A DNA stretch of 64,000 nucleotides. Origin: Octopus sinensis (Eukaryota). Shown piece by piece: positions 27,541 through 39,450 of the stretch; the first letter of the stretch is position 1; every line of letters begins with the position of its first letter. A model generated the notes under the pieces. That model had not been told where the DNA came from and searched no databases. It saw only the letters and a list, made by a program, of their open reading frames with translations. The DNA lies in NCBI RefSeq assembly GCF_006345805.1, contig NC_043001.1, forward strand, positions 38,068,001 to 38,132,000, given 5' to 3'. Made by a program: the position numbers and the translations under genes.

Positions 27541-28813
27541 GATTATACTGTTGGTCTATGAAAGTGTCATGTCAGAAGCTTCTGTTTCTCAAGAAAAATA
27601 TTCTACGAATAAACTTTGCCAGAATGTTTCTTGTTCTTTCTGTTCTTGTTCGGAAATATATAGCTAGATTTCGAATTCCTTCCATAAGATATTTTGCAAT
27701 ATCTAAAAACAATTTTTATTTTACACAGTTGAACGAAATATATACCCCATTGTTAAATCCTTTAGTTTTTGCAATTTATTGCCGTTATTTCTAACATTTT
27801 TACAAATCCTGCCAAAAGATTAACAAAACTTTATTCATACACATAGGAATACAGGGAACATCGCCCGTGCTAAATTTGTTCGAAAGTACTACTTTAAGTA
27901 CTGGAGTCAATTTAACATTCTTGTAAGGCACGCTAAAAATGTGAATGGAATTTCAGTGAAAGACAAGACATGATTAAACTTCCGTAAATGAGTATTCAAT
28001 TATTTTATTCGAATTAAATAGCCGTCAAAACTACTTGACAAAAAAAAAACTCTTCAAAATTGGAGAAATTTACAATCTACAGAGTTATCTGACCTTTGTT
28101 TATGAACTTCCACTGTTTTGTTTATAGTTAGAGCAGATAAGGCTTACTGACACTTTAAATAAGGTATAAACTAGAATTTTAAATTAGAATAAACAATGAT
28201 CCACAAATATGGTAAAACATAATATTATTTGAATGTACATCAGCCGAAAATGTACTACTTCTGGCTTAATCAAATTATTGAAATTTCTGCGGCTAAAGTA
28301 TGGATTTCAGATAATAATTGCCAGCGAACAAAAGCTGTACATCAATTTCTCTAAAGTAGTTGCTTCATCTGCTAGAAATAACAGCCAAATCTTTTCAAGT
28401 CAATTTTTTTTTTTTTTTAATGGAAAGGAGTGTTAGATCATTTATAAGTAGGAAAAGATGAAACGGTCAAGACAACAATGCCTTGGATTTAAAAAATCAG
28501 CTTGCTTGGGCTAACTTGAGGTTTAGCAACAAAATGATGGTAAGATGCTAGAATCGATTGAGAGCTCCCTATGTTTCTATGATAATGAATTTCTTAGATT
28601 AGCATTAAATTTATGAGATGGATATAATCGAATAGACCGACAACAATACACTGAAGGATCGGAAAGAAATCGAATATAGCTCAAAAAATATTGGTCTTCG
28701 ACTTCAAAAGAAATATACCATTAAGTCCACAGGTTAATAGGAAATTAGCATGGGCCACATGTGCACACAAATCATTTGACTGCAACTAGGAACTAATTAC
28801 AGTAATATCTCAC

Positions 28814-29100
28814 TTGACGAGGACCCGCTTTATTAGACTCCAGGTTTACGAGTATATTTTTCAAGCACAAGATCCAAATTTTGAACGAAGTGCAATTGTT
28901 TTCACTGCCATAACAAATGCTTCTGCGTGTTACCGAGAAATTTATAGAGAGCGGGAAAAAGCTGCTTCTCAGCAAACTTGTTTTTTTTTTTAAGAAATCT
29001 ACAAGTCCGTCTACGAGTGCTTGTGAATCGACAATCGTGTCACCGAGCGATGATGTGCGCGAGTCTAGTGCGAGTGAAAGTGATCCAGCAAACGATTATA
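28814..29100 (-). promoter_or_regulatory. CpG-rich segment, possible alternative non-coding first exon
   Basis: Local CpG enrichment (cgagcgatgatgtgcgcgag) ending in the minus-strand donor CAA|gtgaga. No conserved ORF. Confidence 0.3.
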
Positions 29101-29612
29101 ATAGTAATTTTTTTTTATTATTATAAATGATATTGACATTCTTTTTACTTTGCATAAAATATTCTTTACATTCTATTGTTGTTTTATTGCCATTTATTTA
29201 CGAGTATTATAAATTTTATAGGTAAAATATTTTTCTGGGAACGAATTACAATTTATAAGATTGCTACTATCGGAAATTATTGCTCTGCTTTACAAGTTTT
29301 CGCTTTGCTAGTAAGTATATACATTTTTAAACACACATATGTATGTATGTATGCATGCATGCGTGTATGTATATATCCATCTATGTGCGTATAAACACAC
29401 CCAGAGACATATATACAGATTTAGAAACTCACACATACACAGATCTATACACGTGCGAGTATACTGATATGCATGCACAGAAATATCTATATAAATAAAT
29501 ATATACACATATGTTTGTGTGTGTATATATATATACATACATGTATATACATATGTATGTAAACACACACATACACGCACGCACATACATACACAAACAA
29601 AGAAGCAAATAT

Positions 29613-30205
29613 AAGCAAAGTAGCTAGTTTTAAAATCTCTATCAGATTAAATCAATAACTATATTGAGAAGTGATCTTTATCGCCACATCAATATGGCTG
29701 TACGACGTTACTACCGTTTTTAACCCCAGGAAGAGCCTCCTCCAGCTGGTTATCGATTCAGTCTGCACCTGGTATATATTGCAAGCAGGGGAGCGAACCC
29801 CTACCATCTTCTAGTAACCACGGGATCATCAGACCGAATGTTTTCGGGCTATTCGTGCCCATCATCAGTGGTGAACACCCGGCTGCTAGAGATAGCAGGA
29901 ATTCACTCCAACTCGCAATATATATAGAAAACGAAGCGACAATCAGTCACTGATCTTGCAGCAAACAAAGTAGCCAGTTAGGACATTTCTATACGAGATG
30001 AAAGTAGTAACTTTATTGATAAGTAATGTTTGCTGGGTGCAGACTGCGTCGATAACCAGCTGGAGGAGGCTCTTCCTGGGTTTAAAAACGGTAGTAACGT
30101 CGAACAGCCTTATTGATGTGGCGATAAACATTACTTTTCAGTATAGTTTCTAATTTCATCTCTTATAGAAGTTTTCCAACTAGCTACTTTGCTTGTTGCA
30201 AGATC
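29613..30205. mobile_element. Penelope-like pseudo-LTR structure with inverted repeats
   Basis: 93-bp inverted arms at 29677-29769 and 30036-30128 with about 5 mismatches, looser outer arms, and a hammerhead-like motif between them. Confidence 0.6.
29826..29874 (-). ncRNA. Type I hammerhead ribozyme-like motif
   Basis: TCACCA-CTGATGA-T-GGGC-acgaata-GCCC-GAAAAC-attcg-GTC-TGATGA. Intact CUGAUGA, 4-bp stem II, GAAA and GUC triplet. One extra A in stem III and one C-A mismatch in stem I. Confidence 0.72.
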
Positions 30206-31115
30206 AGTGGCCGGATGGAATAAAATCCAAGCAGTTAATTCATGGGCAAAAGCATCACTTCGGTATGAAGAGGGGATCATAAAACGACAAAAGAAAGAAC
30301 AGATGAACATGGATATGAAAACAAGAAAACTGTTGACAGTGCACGAAGTCTTCCACCCTAAGATGACACCTATAGGCTGTACTTGTCCAGAAGAGAAAAT
30401 GCGAGAGGTTTGATCGGTTGCCAGGATTGTATCGAAGCAGAGGAAAACAGCTTAAGGTGATATGTGAAAAATGCCGTGGAACCATTGTTGAAACATGTGA
30501 AGAAGGCTGGTTTCATTAAAATTGATAATTATCTAAAGAAAGAATAACAAAGCGGAAAACAACACAAAAAAGAAAGAGCACGGAAGGAAAAATGTACGGT
30601 CAGTCTGCAAGAGATACGAACGCCAAGGCAGATACAGAAGACCTTTAGCTATGGATGAAGAGAAGTGGCCTGAAAATAGAAACCGAAGCACTTATATGCG
30701 CAGCTCAAGAACAAGCGTTAAGGACCAACTATGTGAAGTGCAGAATCGACAACACTACCGACAGCGACAAATGCAGAATGTGTGGAGAGGGAGGTGAAAT
30801 GGTATGGCACATCTTTAGCGAATGGCCGAAACTGGCACAACGCGAATACAAAAAAAAACACATAAAAATGTGGCAAGAATTATCCATTGGGATTTCTGAG
30901 GAAATCACGGCCTACAAAGAGCAAAGACGTAGCATGAGCAAACCCCAGAAGAAGTCACCGAGAATGAAAATTGCAAAATCCTATTTGATGCAATGATTCA
31001 GTGCCATCACCTGACTAGACATCGGAAACCGAACATTGTCGTGGTGGAAAAAATAGAAAGAACATGCATGATAATCGACATAGCATGTCTCGGTGACAAC
31101 AGGATCAAAGAGAAA
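30205..31115 (+). mobile_element. R4/Dong-clade non-LTR retrotransposon, 3' part (post-RT, zinc knuckle, restriction-like endonuclease)
   Basis: NKIQAVNSWA; LKIETEALICAAQEQALRTNYVKCRIDN...KCRMCGEGGEMVWHIFSE; RKPNIVVVEK...IIDIACLGD. Confidence 0.85.
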
Positions 31116-32586
31116 GAAGTAGAAAATCTGATTTTTCCTCAAGCATATGTCAAGGTATACTTAGTGTGGTTCTTAATGCTGATTTCAGATATACAATTAG
31201 GTTTTGACATCCCATACAGTTTTGAAGATAAGAACGTCTTTTGGTTTTAGCTCATGCATTATATAAAAATCACATTTAATGACGTGTATGCATACATTCC
31301 ATTTACATCATGGAAATATACCTTTAAAATAAACTGCTTTATTCATTTCTGCATAGTTCAGATGCAATATTTCATCATCTTAAATAAACCAATCAAGTTT
31401 TGTCTGAAGAAATAGGTATTTCAATATTTCAAATTGGTCTTATGAAATATTTCATCATCTCAAATTCAATATAAGTATAACCGTTTGTGTCTATTTCCTT
31501 ACTTGTTTTACATTGTTAACAATGTCAAGACAGTATAGAAATCGTCCTGGTGTGTTTTGTTATGTCCGTGGACAATTTATTGTGAAAGCTCAAAAACGTA
31601 CAATAACACCAGAGGTCAAGAAGATTTATAAGCTATACTTTGACTGTCCTCTTGTAGATCACGATAAGTTATAGGCATCACATTTTATCTGCTCAGCCTT
31701 CTCAAATGGCTTATGTGACTGATTCATTAAGAGGAAGTCCATACCTTTTGCCATTCTAGGGATATGGAAGGAGCCAATAGACCATTTTAATGGCTGTTAT
31801 TTTTGCAAAGTAAATGTCACAAGGTTTTCTATGAAGAATAAACACAAAATTGTGTATCCCAATTTGGATTTTGCAATAAGACCTGTGCTTCACAATGGAA
31901 GTCTGCCAATTCCAGTTCCACCCGATGGTGGTATTGAAACATTAGATGATGATGCTGACTGTCACGATAGTGCTGCTGAGGAAGATTACGTGGCTCATGA
32001 CGATAGCTTTGAACTTCAGAAATTTTCCCAAGCTGAACTGAATGAACTTGTCAGAGACCTATATCTCTCAAAAGGTAAAGCAGAACTGTTAGCATCAAGA
32101 CCGGAGGAGAAGTATTTGCTAGAGCACGATGTTCGTATAACTTATTTTCGGCAGAGAAATATGGTTCTACAAACATTTTTCTGTTGAAGGCCGCTTTGCT
32201 TTTGCAGTAACATCGATGACTTTTCGAATGTTTATCACATGATTGTGCAGAATGGCGTTTGTTTATTGACTCTTCAAAACGAAGTTTAAAAGCTGTACTT
32301 CTCCATAATGGCAATTTGAAGTCCTCTATTCCTATTACATACCCCGTTCGTCTTTCATGACTCATATGAAAATATGGAACTTTTATTTCATGAAAGATTC
32401 TCATGAAAGATGCTCATGGAAAATACGTGGAGATTTAAAAGTCATTGGAATGTTAATGGAAATGCAGTCAGGTTTCACAAAATACTGTTGTTTCTTGTGT
32501 ATTCGGGCAACTGACAGACATTATTCGGAATCAAACTGGCAGACAAGAACATCATACCAGTCAGGACTGTGTAGCGTCAAGAATAC

Positions 32587-33934
32587 TATTGGTATTGGCA
32601 TCCTTTCTGTCTCGGGAGACAATGGAGTTGCGCATTTAAAAAAATTTTTTTTTTTTTTATAGTCTAGTCCGGCTTTTATATTTCATGTCCTGATACATTT
32701 CCTGCTGTGGCTGTGTAGTCCTATCCTGGACAAACACTCCCTCTGGCAGGTACCGCAAATGTAGCGAAGACTGTTCCTGGCTGGTTGTAGTGCCATAGTC
32801 TCTTGTTTACGTCTCTTCCTTTCTTTCCATTTCTCCTCTCTCTCTCTGTCACTCTTTTGTATTCCTTCTTTTACTGTACGTCACCATTCTCCACGGTTGC
32901 CGGCAACTGCCTCCCAACCGCTAATATTGATGTTGCAGGCCTTCATATCCCTTTTGCAAACATCCCTGTAACGTAAGATCGGTCTACCCACAGACCTAGT
33001 ACCCCTAGCAAGCTCTCCGTAGAGTATGTCCTCGGGGATTCTGCCATCTTTCATACGGCTAACATGCCCAAGCCATCTCATACGTCTTTGGGTGAGGAGT
33101 GCAAACATGCTTGGTATTCCTGCTTGCCTGAGGACATCTTTGTTGGGGATATGATTCTGCCATTTGATGCGGAGGATTTTTCGGAGGCAGCGCAGGTGAA
33201 AGATGTTTAGGCGACGCTCTTGGCGTGTGTATAGCGTCCAGGTCTCGCTTCCATACAGTAGAGTGCTGAGTACACATGCCTGGTAGATCTTCATTTTCGT
33301 GGTCTTGGTCAGCTTATTGTTGTCCCAAGCCCGTTTGGAGAGTTGGGCCATCGCAGCAGCTGCCTTGCCAATGCGTATATTGAGCTCAGCGTCAAGGGAT
33401 AGGTTGTGGGTGACGGTAGAGCCCAGATAGGTAAACTTCTCCACCTCTTGTAACCTGTGGTCTCCAATGTGTATGTTTGGGATGTCCGATGTAGCCTGGC
33501 TCATGATGTTGGTCTTCTTAAGGCTGATAGCTAAGCCAAAGTCGTTACATGCTTGCTCAAAACAGTTAATGAGCCTTTGGAGGGCTTCTTCTGTGTGTGT
33601 TACCAGAGCGGCATCATCAGCAAATAACATCTCCTTGATCAGGACTTTTCTGATTTTGGTCTTGGCACGCAGACGCGAGAGATTGAACAGTTTCCCGTCA
33701 CTTCTACTGTGCAGAAACACTCCATCATCTGATGTCTGAAAGGCATGTGAAAGTAAGAGTGAGAAGAAGATGCCAAACAATGTAGGAGCGAAGACACAGC
33801 CTTACTTTACCCCGTTTTTTATTTGGAAGGCGGCTGATGTTGAACCGTTGTGCTGTATGGTGCCTTGCATGTCATCATGGAAAGACTTGATGATCCTCAG
33901 CAGCTTTGGTGGACATCCGATTTTTTGGAGCAGG
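32587..33934 (-). mobile_element. Young RTE (BovB-like) LINE, 5'-truncated, nested in Chapaev3
   Basis: Open 299-aa ORF 32881-33780 with DGKLFNLSRLRAKTK...EMLFADDAAL...FTYLGSTV...RWLGHVSRM. One in-frame stop at 33802-33804 where Gln is expected (GVK*GC). Confidence 0.95.
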
Positions 33935-34153
33935 ATTCACCTCTTGCAGATTCATGTAATGTCATATTGCCTCCTTTTCACATAAAGCTTGGACTGATGA
34001 AACAGTTTGTAAAGACTCTAGGGGAGAGAAATGCCAGAGGGTTTGAGTATATTGTTTCCCAAAATCACAAAGGCGATGTTGAAAGAGGGTATCTTTGTCG
34101 GACCCCAAATTAGAGAAGTGCTAAACGATGTTAACTTCACGACAACACTGGAT

Positions 34154-34745
34154 GTTAGTTAGTTAGTTAGTTAATTTGGCTCAAAAGCAAATAGCAAGGC
34201 CATGTAGGGGGACATGGAGTTAAGTGTTCATGTAAAGAGTTCAGGCCACTTGAGGTCCAGGGAGGCTTTGAACAAAGCGGTCGTCGGCATCTTCACCATC
34301 TCGTCTGGCAGCTTGTTCCACGGATCCGCAACCCGGACGGAGAAAGCTCCTCTCCTTCGATTGAGATGAAATCGTCGCAGGTAGAGCTTTTCGGAATGAC
34401 CCCGCAGCCGACGCTCCGGAGCAGGAGTGAAGAACAGCTCTTTCGAGAGGTTACACTTCCCGCTTATGATGTTGTGGGCGAGAATGAGATCACCACGGCG
34501 GCGGCGTTTTTCAAGAGAATAAAGGTCGAGCGTCCTCAGCCTTTCTTCGTAGGACAAATTTTTGAGACCATGAACCATGCGGGTAGCCAGCCTCTGGACT
34601 CTTTCGAGATGCTGTATGTCTTTGAGGAGATAAGGAGAAGAGGCTTGAATCCCATACTCCAATATGGGTCTCACCAGCGTGACATAGAGTGGCAGGAATA
34701 TGGCTGCTGTGAGCATTCCGAATGACCGTCGAATCAAAAACGAAC
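34154..34745 (-). mobile_element. Young CR1/L2-group LINE 3' fragment, nested in Chapaev3
   Basis: Intact ORF 34228-34737 LYVTLVRPILEYG...LERVQRLATRMV...SYEERLRTLDLYSLEKRRRRGDLI and a (TAAC)n tail at 34154-34172. Confidence 0.93.
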
Positions 34746-35319
34746 TGGAACTGCCTGCCTGGAATGCTTTCAGTAGGATCTGTTAGAATTTGGGGGGCAA
34801 CAAGAAGGCAATGGTCTACAAGGATGGCATCAAGGATCATCTGAAATGTTACTCAGCAATGGGCTGTAGTATGTCACTGAAAGTTCACTTCTTGGACTCC
34901 CATCTGGATTTCTTCGCAGATAACCTTGGAGCAGTGTCTGATGAACATAGTGGAAGATTTCACCAGGACATTAGTGCTATGGAGAAACGGTACCAAGCCT
35001 TCTGGAATGACAGTATGCTGGATGACTACTGCTGGACACTTTAACATTTTATCGTGATCAACCAGATCAGGAACAATGCAGAAAATCCAAATAACAATGT
35101 TTCTAACTCCGTTGTTTTAACTTTATCTGTCTTGTCTGACCCATTTTTGTGTATTCACTCTTTGTAGAGTGATAGTGAGAATTTTTAACTCAATAAACTC
35201 ATTTATTTTCTAAAAATAATATTCCTAATTTATTACGCTAATGATTTCATATATACAAATATGTAAATATTTGTATGTATCTACTAAAACACTGATACGT
35301 GTTGCACACAGATGGTGTC

Positions 35320-38065
35320 TCGATAAAAATACTGGTTGGTGGCTAACCATAAAACACAAACCTCATTGTTGAGTGAAAATGTCTAAAACAAATGTATCAA
35401 ATAACAGTGTTAATGAGGTTGGAACCAAAGGTGAAAGCCTTTCGCCCGGCAGGTACCATGTGGTTGTGCAGCGCAGGTCCAGTCGTCATCCAGAGACTAC
35501 TTGTACACAAAGCCAGAGGCAGAGAAGAACATAGGATAGGGAAGCAAACCGAACGATAATTGAATGCTGTATCATGAGTGAACCCAGTAGAAGGATGGGG
35601 GAGGGTCCGACAACGATGAAAGCAGAATAAATGAAATATGAAATATGAAATAAGTGAGCAACGGTTACCGGACCAAGCAAGAGCAATAAGAGCAAAAGGG
35701 TGGATAACAGACATGGAAATTGAAGAAATAAGAAGGAAAGTAGAAAACAGAAATAATACTTCGCCAACAGATAACGTGCCCGGTGAGAACAGAGAAATGG
35801 ATGGCGGAAGTGAAGATGTAGTGCAAAGTGTAAATGTAAATGCATTTTCAGCAAATGAAACAGAAGTAATAGGAAGAGCTATACCACAAGAATACGATGA
35901 TGACCAACGAGATATAGCGAGGATGCTGTGCCGATATATTAGAGAAGACCAGGATCAAGCACCCCGCAACCTGAAATACGTTAATCGACGCAAGCTCAAA
36001 GTTGAAACCGAAAAGATAGATTCGGTCCATGGTCTATTCCAGACGAGAAATATTGCTGAAATTAACAAGATTATTTGGGATGCTGCTATGGTTGTTGCAG
36101 AGAGAGTTGAATACAAAAGAAAAGAACAAACAGAATGTAAGGAACCATACTGGTGTAGACGAATTTGTGTGAAACAAAGGTAAAAAAGTCAGATAGGACA
36201 AGCTGATAGATTGAGAAGAGAGGAATTGCAGAACGAAAGCATAAGAATAATGCTGGAAACAACATATAGAATAAGAGATAAAGAGTATGATGTGATACTG
36301 GAAAAACTGAAACAAAGAATAGTAGCAATCAAAGCAAAACTGGAAGAATATGACAATAGAACAAAACAATTCAGGCAAAACAGATCGTTTGAAGCAAATC
36401 AGAAGAAACTGTTTCAGGAACTAGATGGGCAATTACATGTAACAATGACACCAGATCCAGAGGAAAGCAGAGCATTCTGGAGAGGTCTAGTGAACCCTGG
36501 CGGTCAAGCAGGAAAGCAAAACGGAAAAGAAATTTAACGAGAGTAATCTCCCTCGACCTTCTAGAAAGTTCTCGAACATTCTAGAAGCTTCCGGTTAACG
36601 TGGAAGTCGAGGACTTACGATTCATCCCTTATATAAAGGAATAAGTGTCTGTCCAGTCTTAGACTGGCATTGAATCAGGCCTCCTGCATACACGCACTTG
36701 CACGCGCATATATTCGCTTCACTTAATTGGAGACATGCGATTGCAAAAAAGAATATGTTCATGTAATGTTACAAGCTTTCCTTCAATTAACCTTATATGT
36801 TAACGCATTACCTCCAATAATAAATATGTTATGACTTATTACAATCGTCTCGCGAATTCCTATTTTCTTGTTACTCCGTACAAGATGGTGTCCCCTCTTT
36901 ATCTCATGCTCATTAAATTATAGGATGTCGTTTAATCGACATTTTCACTGTAGAGGGATCTGGGACCTACCTGTAGAGCATAATGATGAAGCGGAGTGGC
37001 TGCGTGAAATCCAGGATAGGTTAAGAAATATAGAAGGCCAAGAAGCCATAAAAATAACTACAGAAATGATGAAAAAGTAGTTAAGAAAATTCCAAAATTG
37101 GAAGAGCACAGGACCGGATGGGATCCAAGGTTATTGGATGAAGAAGCTGAGAGGGCTCCATGAAAGAATAGTACAACAGCTAGATGAGTGCTGGATGACA
37201 AAGGGAAGGACATTGTTATGTGCCAAGAATCCTAAAAAGGGATATGTTGCATCCAACTTTAGACCAATAACATGCTTTCCGCTAATCTGGAAACTAATGT
37301 CAGATGTTTGGCCGGTGAACTGTTTGGATACTTGGAAAAAAGTGGGCTGCAACCTACTGAACAGAAAGGGTGCCGAAAGAGGAGCCGGAGAACCAAGGAT
37401 CAGCTCTTAATTGATAATTTAATTATCAGGAACTGCAAGAGAAGACACACAAACCTGAGTATGGCATGGGTTAACTATTGTAAAGCATACCATATGATAC
37501 CACAATGGTATGTATGGAGTAGCAGAAAATATGAGAAGCCTTATATGGAATAGCATGAAATGCTGGAGAACGGAATTGACAGAAGGGAATCAAGTATTAG
37601 GAGAGGTGAAAATCAAGAGAGGAATCTTCCATGGGGATAATGTGTTCCCACTGATCTTCATGCTGGGAATGATCCCCTTGAATGAAATACTGCAAAAAAC
37701 AAAGTTGGGGTGTGATCTTGGAAGAGGTAAGGGAAAACTGAAAAACTTGCTATTCATGGACGAAGTAAAGTTATCCAGTCTGCGGATGTTCTCCAATGAT
37801 ATTAAGATGGGGTTTATACTCTTAAAATGTGCTAGTAATGAGACGAGGAGAGCATGTCAGGACAGACGGCATATGGTTGCCAAGTGGTGAAATGATGATG
37901 GCTATTTAACCTCAATCCAGCTATAAATACCCGGGAATACTTGAGGTGGATGGAATGAAACACAACGACATGAAGGAAAAGACAAAAAGAGAGTATCTGC
38001 GTCGAGTGAGAAAAATATTGGCTACAAAGCTGAATGCCAAAAACATAATTCCGGCAAGTCAATTC
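35320..38065 (+). mobile_element. R4/Dong-clade retrotransposon, N-terminus through RT, 3'-truncated
   Basis: ATG at 35379; SEQRLPDQARAI; RQNRSFEANQKKLFQEL; WKSTGPDGIQGYWMKK; [14 protein letters not shown]; TKDQLLID; GIFHGDNVFPLIF; LLFMDEVKL; YKYPGILE...ILATKLNAKNII. Confidence 0.88.
36486..36951 (+). mobile_element. Probable solo LTR inserted in the Dong ORF
   Basis: Flanked by AGAGG at 36481-36485 and 36952-36956; excision restores TTC TGG AGA GGG ATC TGG GAC (FWRGIWD). Contains a TATA-like ttatataaa, an AATAAA, and near-inverted termini agtgaa/ttcact. Confidence 0.7.
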
Positions 38066-39328
38066 ATCGATAAACTGGGTGCACACGTGAAAATTGCATG
38101 TTTCAATTGTGGTTCACTAATGGCATTAATGCGATGATGAAGAAAACGGGGATCGAATGCTAGGACTCGCTGCAGTTCCTTTAACCCAGGTTTAAGCAGT
38201 AACCAAGGAAACTTATCTATTTAAAGGGCTTGGTGTCTGTGCATCGTACGTACGCCTCTGATTTGCTTTTCACTAGAAATTGGCTGGTTATTTATTTGTG
38301 TAACGAGAAGTGAGGATATTGTGTCCATGATATGTGCTTGGAGAAGTTCATTGAAGACTAAGTACTTCTTTTAAACACAGGTCAATTAGGGGCCACTAAT
38401 CCTGTGTTCATTTATCTTCTCCGAAATCTTTCCTTACCTCTCTGCGCTAACGCTTCTCCGTTGTTGCTTATGTAATCCCTTTTTTGCGCCTGAAATTCAA
38501 GAACATTATAAAACATTTTATAATATGGGGTAATTTCTGCAACCCCGCCTGAATTTTATGTGGTCTGATTCTTGTTATTAATACTATAAGGTTTTGATTT
38601 TAGGCTTTGCTACAGTCTAAAGCACTGACTTCGGAGGGGCTGTCATTAGAATCCAGTGAGAACAGGTGCTGGAGGTGTGAAACGTGTGATTGTGTACTTT
38701 TTCAAAGGTAGAGTATGTCAACCAAGTTTCATGAAAGATGGACTCTATGTAATGTCCCTCATCCGAGGCTGAATGATTGGAAGTGTGTGGTGTAAAAGGG
38801 TTTGCAAGTCGATTCCGGGTTTGAAGAGACATATAGCAGTTCATACAGATCGTATTTCACAAAGTGATCCAATCAATCCGATGGAAGTTACAGCTTTTGT
38901 CTGCCACCTACACTTCAAAAAAATGCAAATCTGTAGCAGGAATGAATAGTCATCCGAGAAGTCGTAGACGAAAGGTCAGGTTACTATTGACAACGAGGAA
39001 GCTCAAAGAGACGACTATCATGTGTTAAGATGGAACAATCACCATCTATGTATGTATGTACTTATATACTTAAATATTACAAAGCCTCATATTGGGTAAC
39101 CATGAAAAGGATGCACATTCTTTCTATCCTATTGATGTGAAGACGAGAAAGACAGAAAGAGAGAGAGAGGGGGAGAGAAAGAGAAGAGAGCGGAGGAGAT
39201 AAATGGAGGGAGATGGGAGAGTGAAGAAGTCTTCTGGCAGAACGTCTCACGGTTTGTTACGTGATCTTCAGAGTATACACACCTAGCTTCTCTCCCCCAA
39301 TCAACTGTATATTGCATTCACACACACA

Positions 39329-39360
<32 letters not shown>

Positions 39361-39450
39361 TATCGTCACTTATCAGGTGACACTCTACACCGGGTTTCAC
39401 TCTTAGATACTCACAACTAGGGAGGACAAATAAAGAACAAATCGTATTGA

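Larger units (their letters stand above)
31120..35300 (+). mobile_element. Chapaev3 (CMC group) DNA transposon, decayed, with two nested LINE insertions
   Basis: ATG at 31522 MSRQYRNRPGVFCYV; IVYPNLDFAIRPVLH; ELNELVRDLYLSKGKAELLASR; MQSGFTKYCCFLC; PPFHIKLGLMKQFVKTL; MSLKVHFLDSHLDFF...GAVSDEHSGRFHQDI...YCWTL. Confidence 0.88.

Noticed and set aside
27558-27794. Divergent plus-strand gene from the ILRUN promoter
   Set aside because: Short ORFs with no recognisable homology and no downstream exons found.
38160-39000. Possible LTR or retroelement remnant
   Set aside because: Three-frame reading of the central part gave no motif I could assign, so it is left unannotated.
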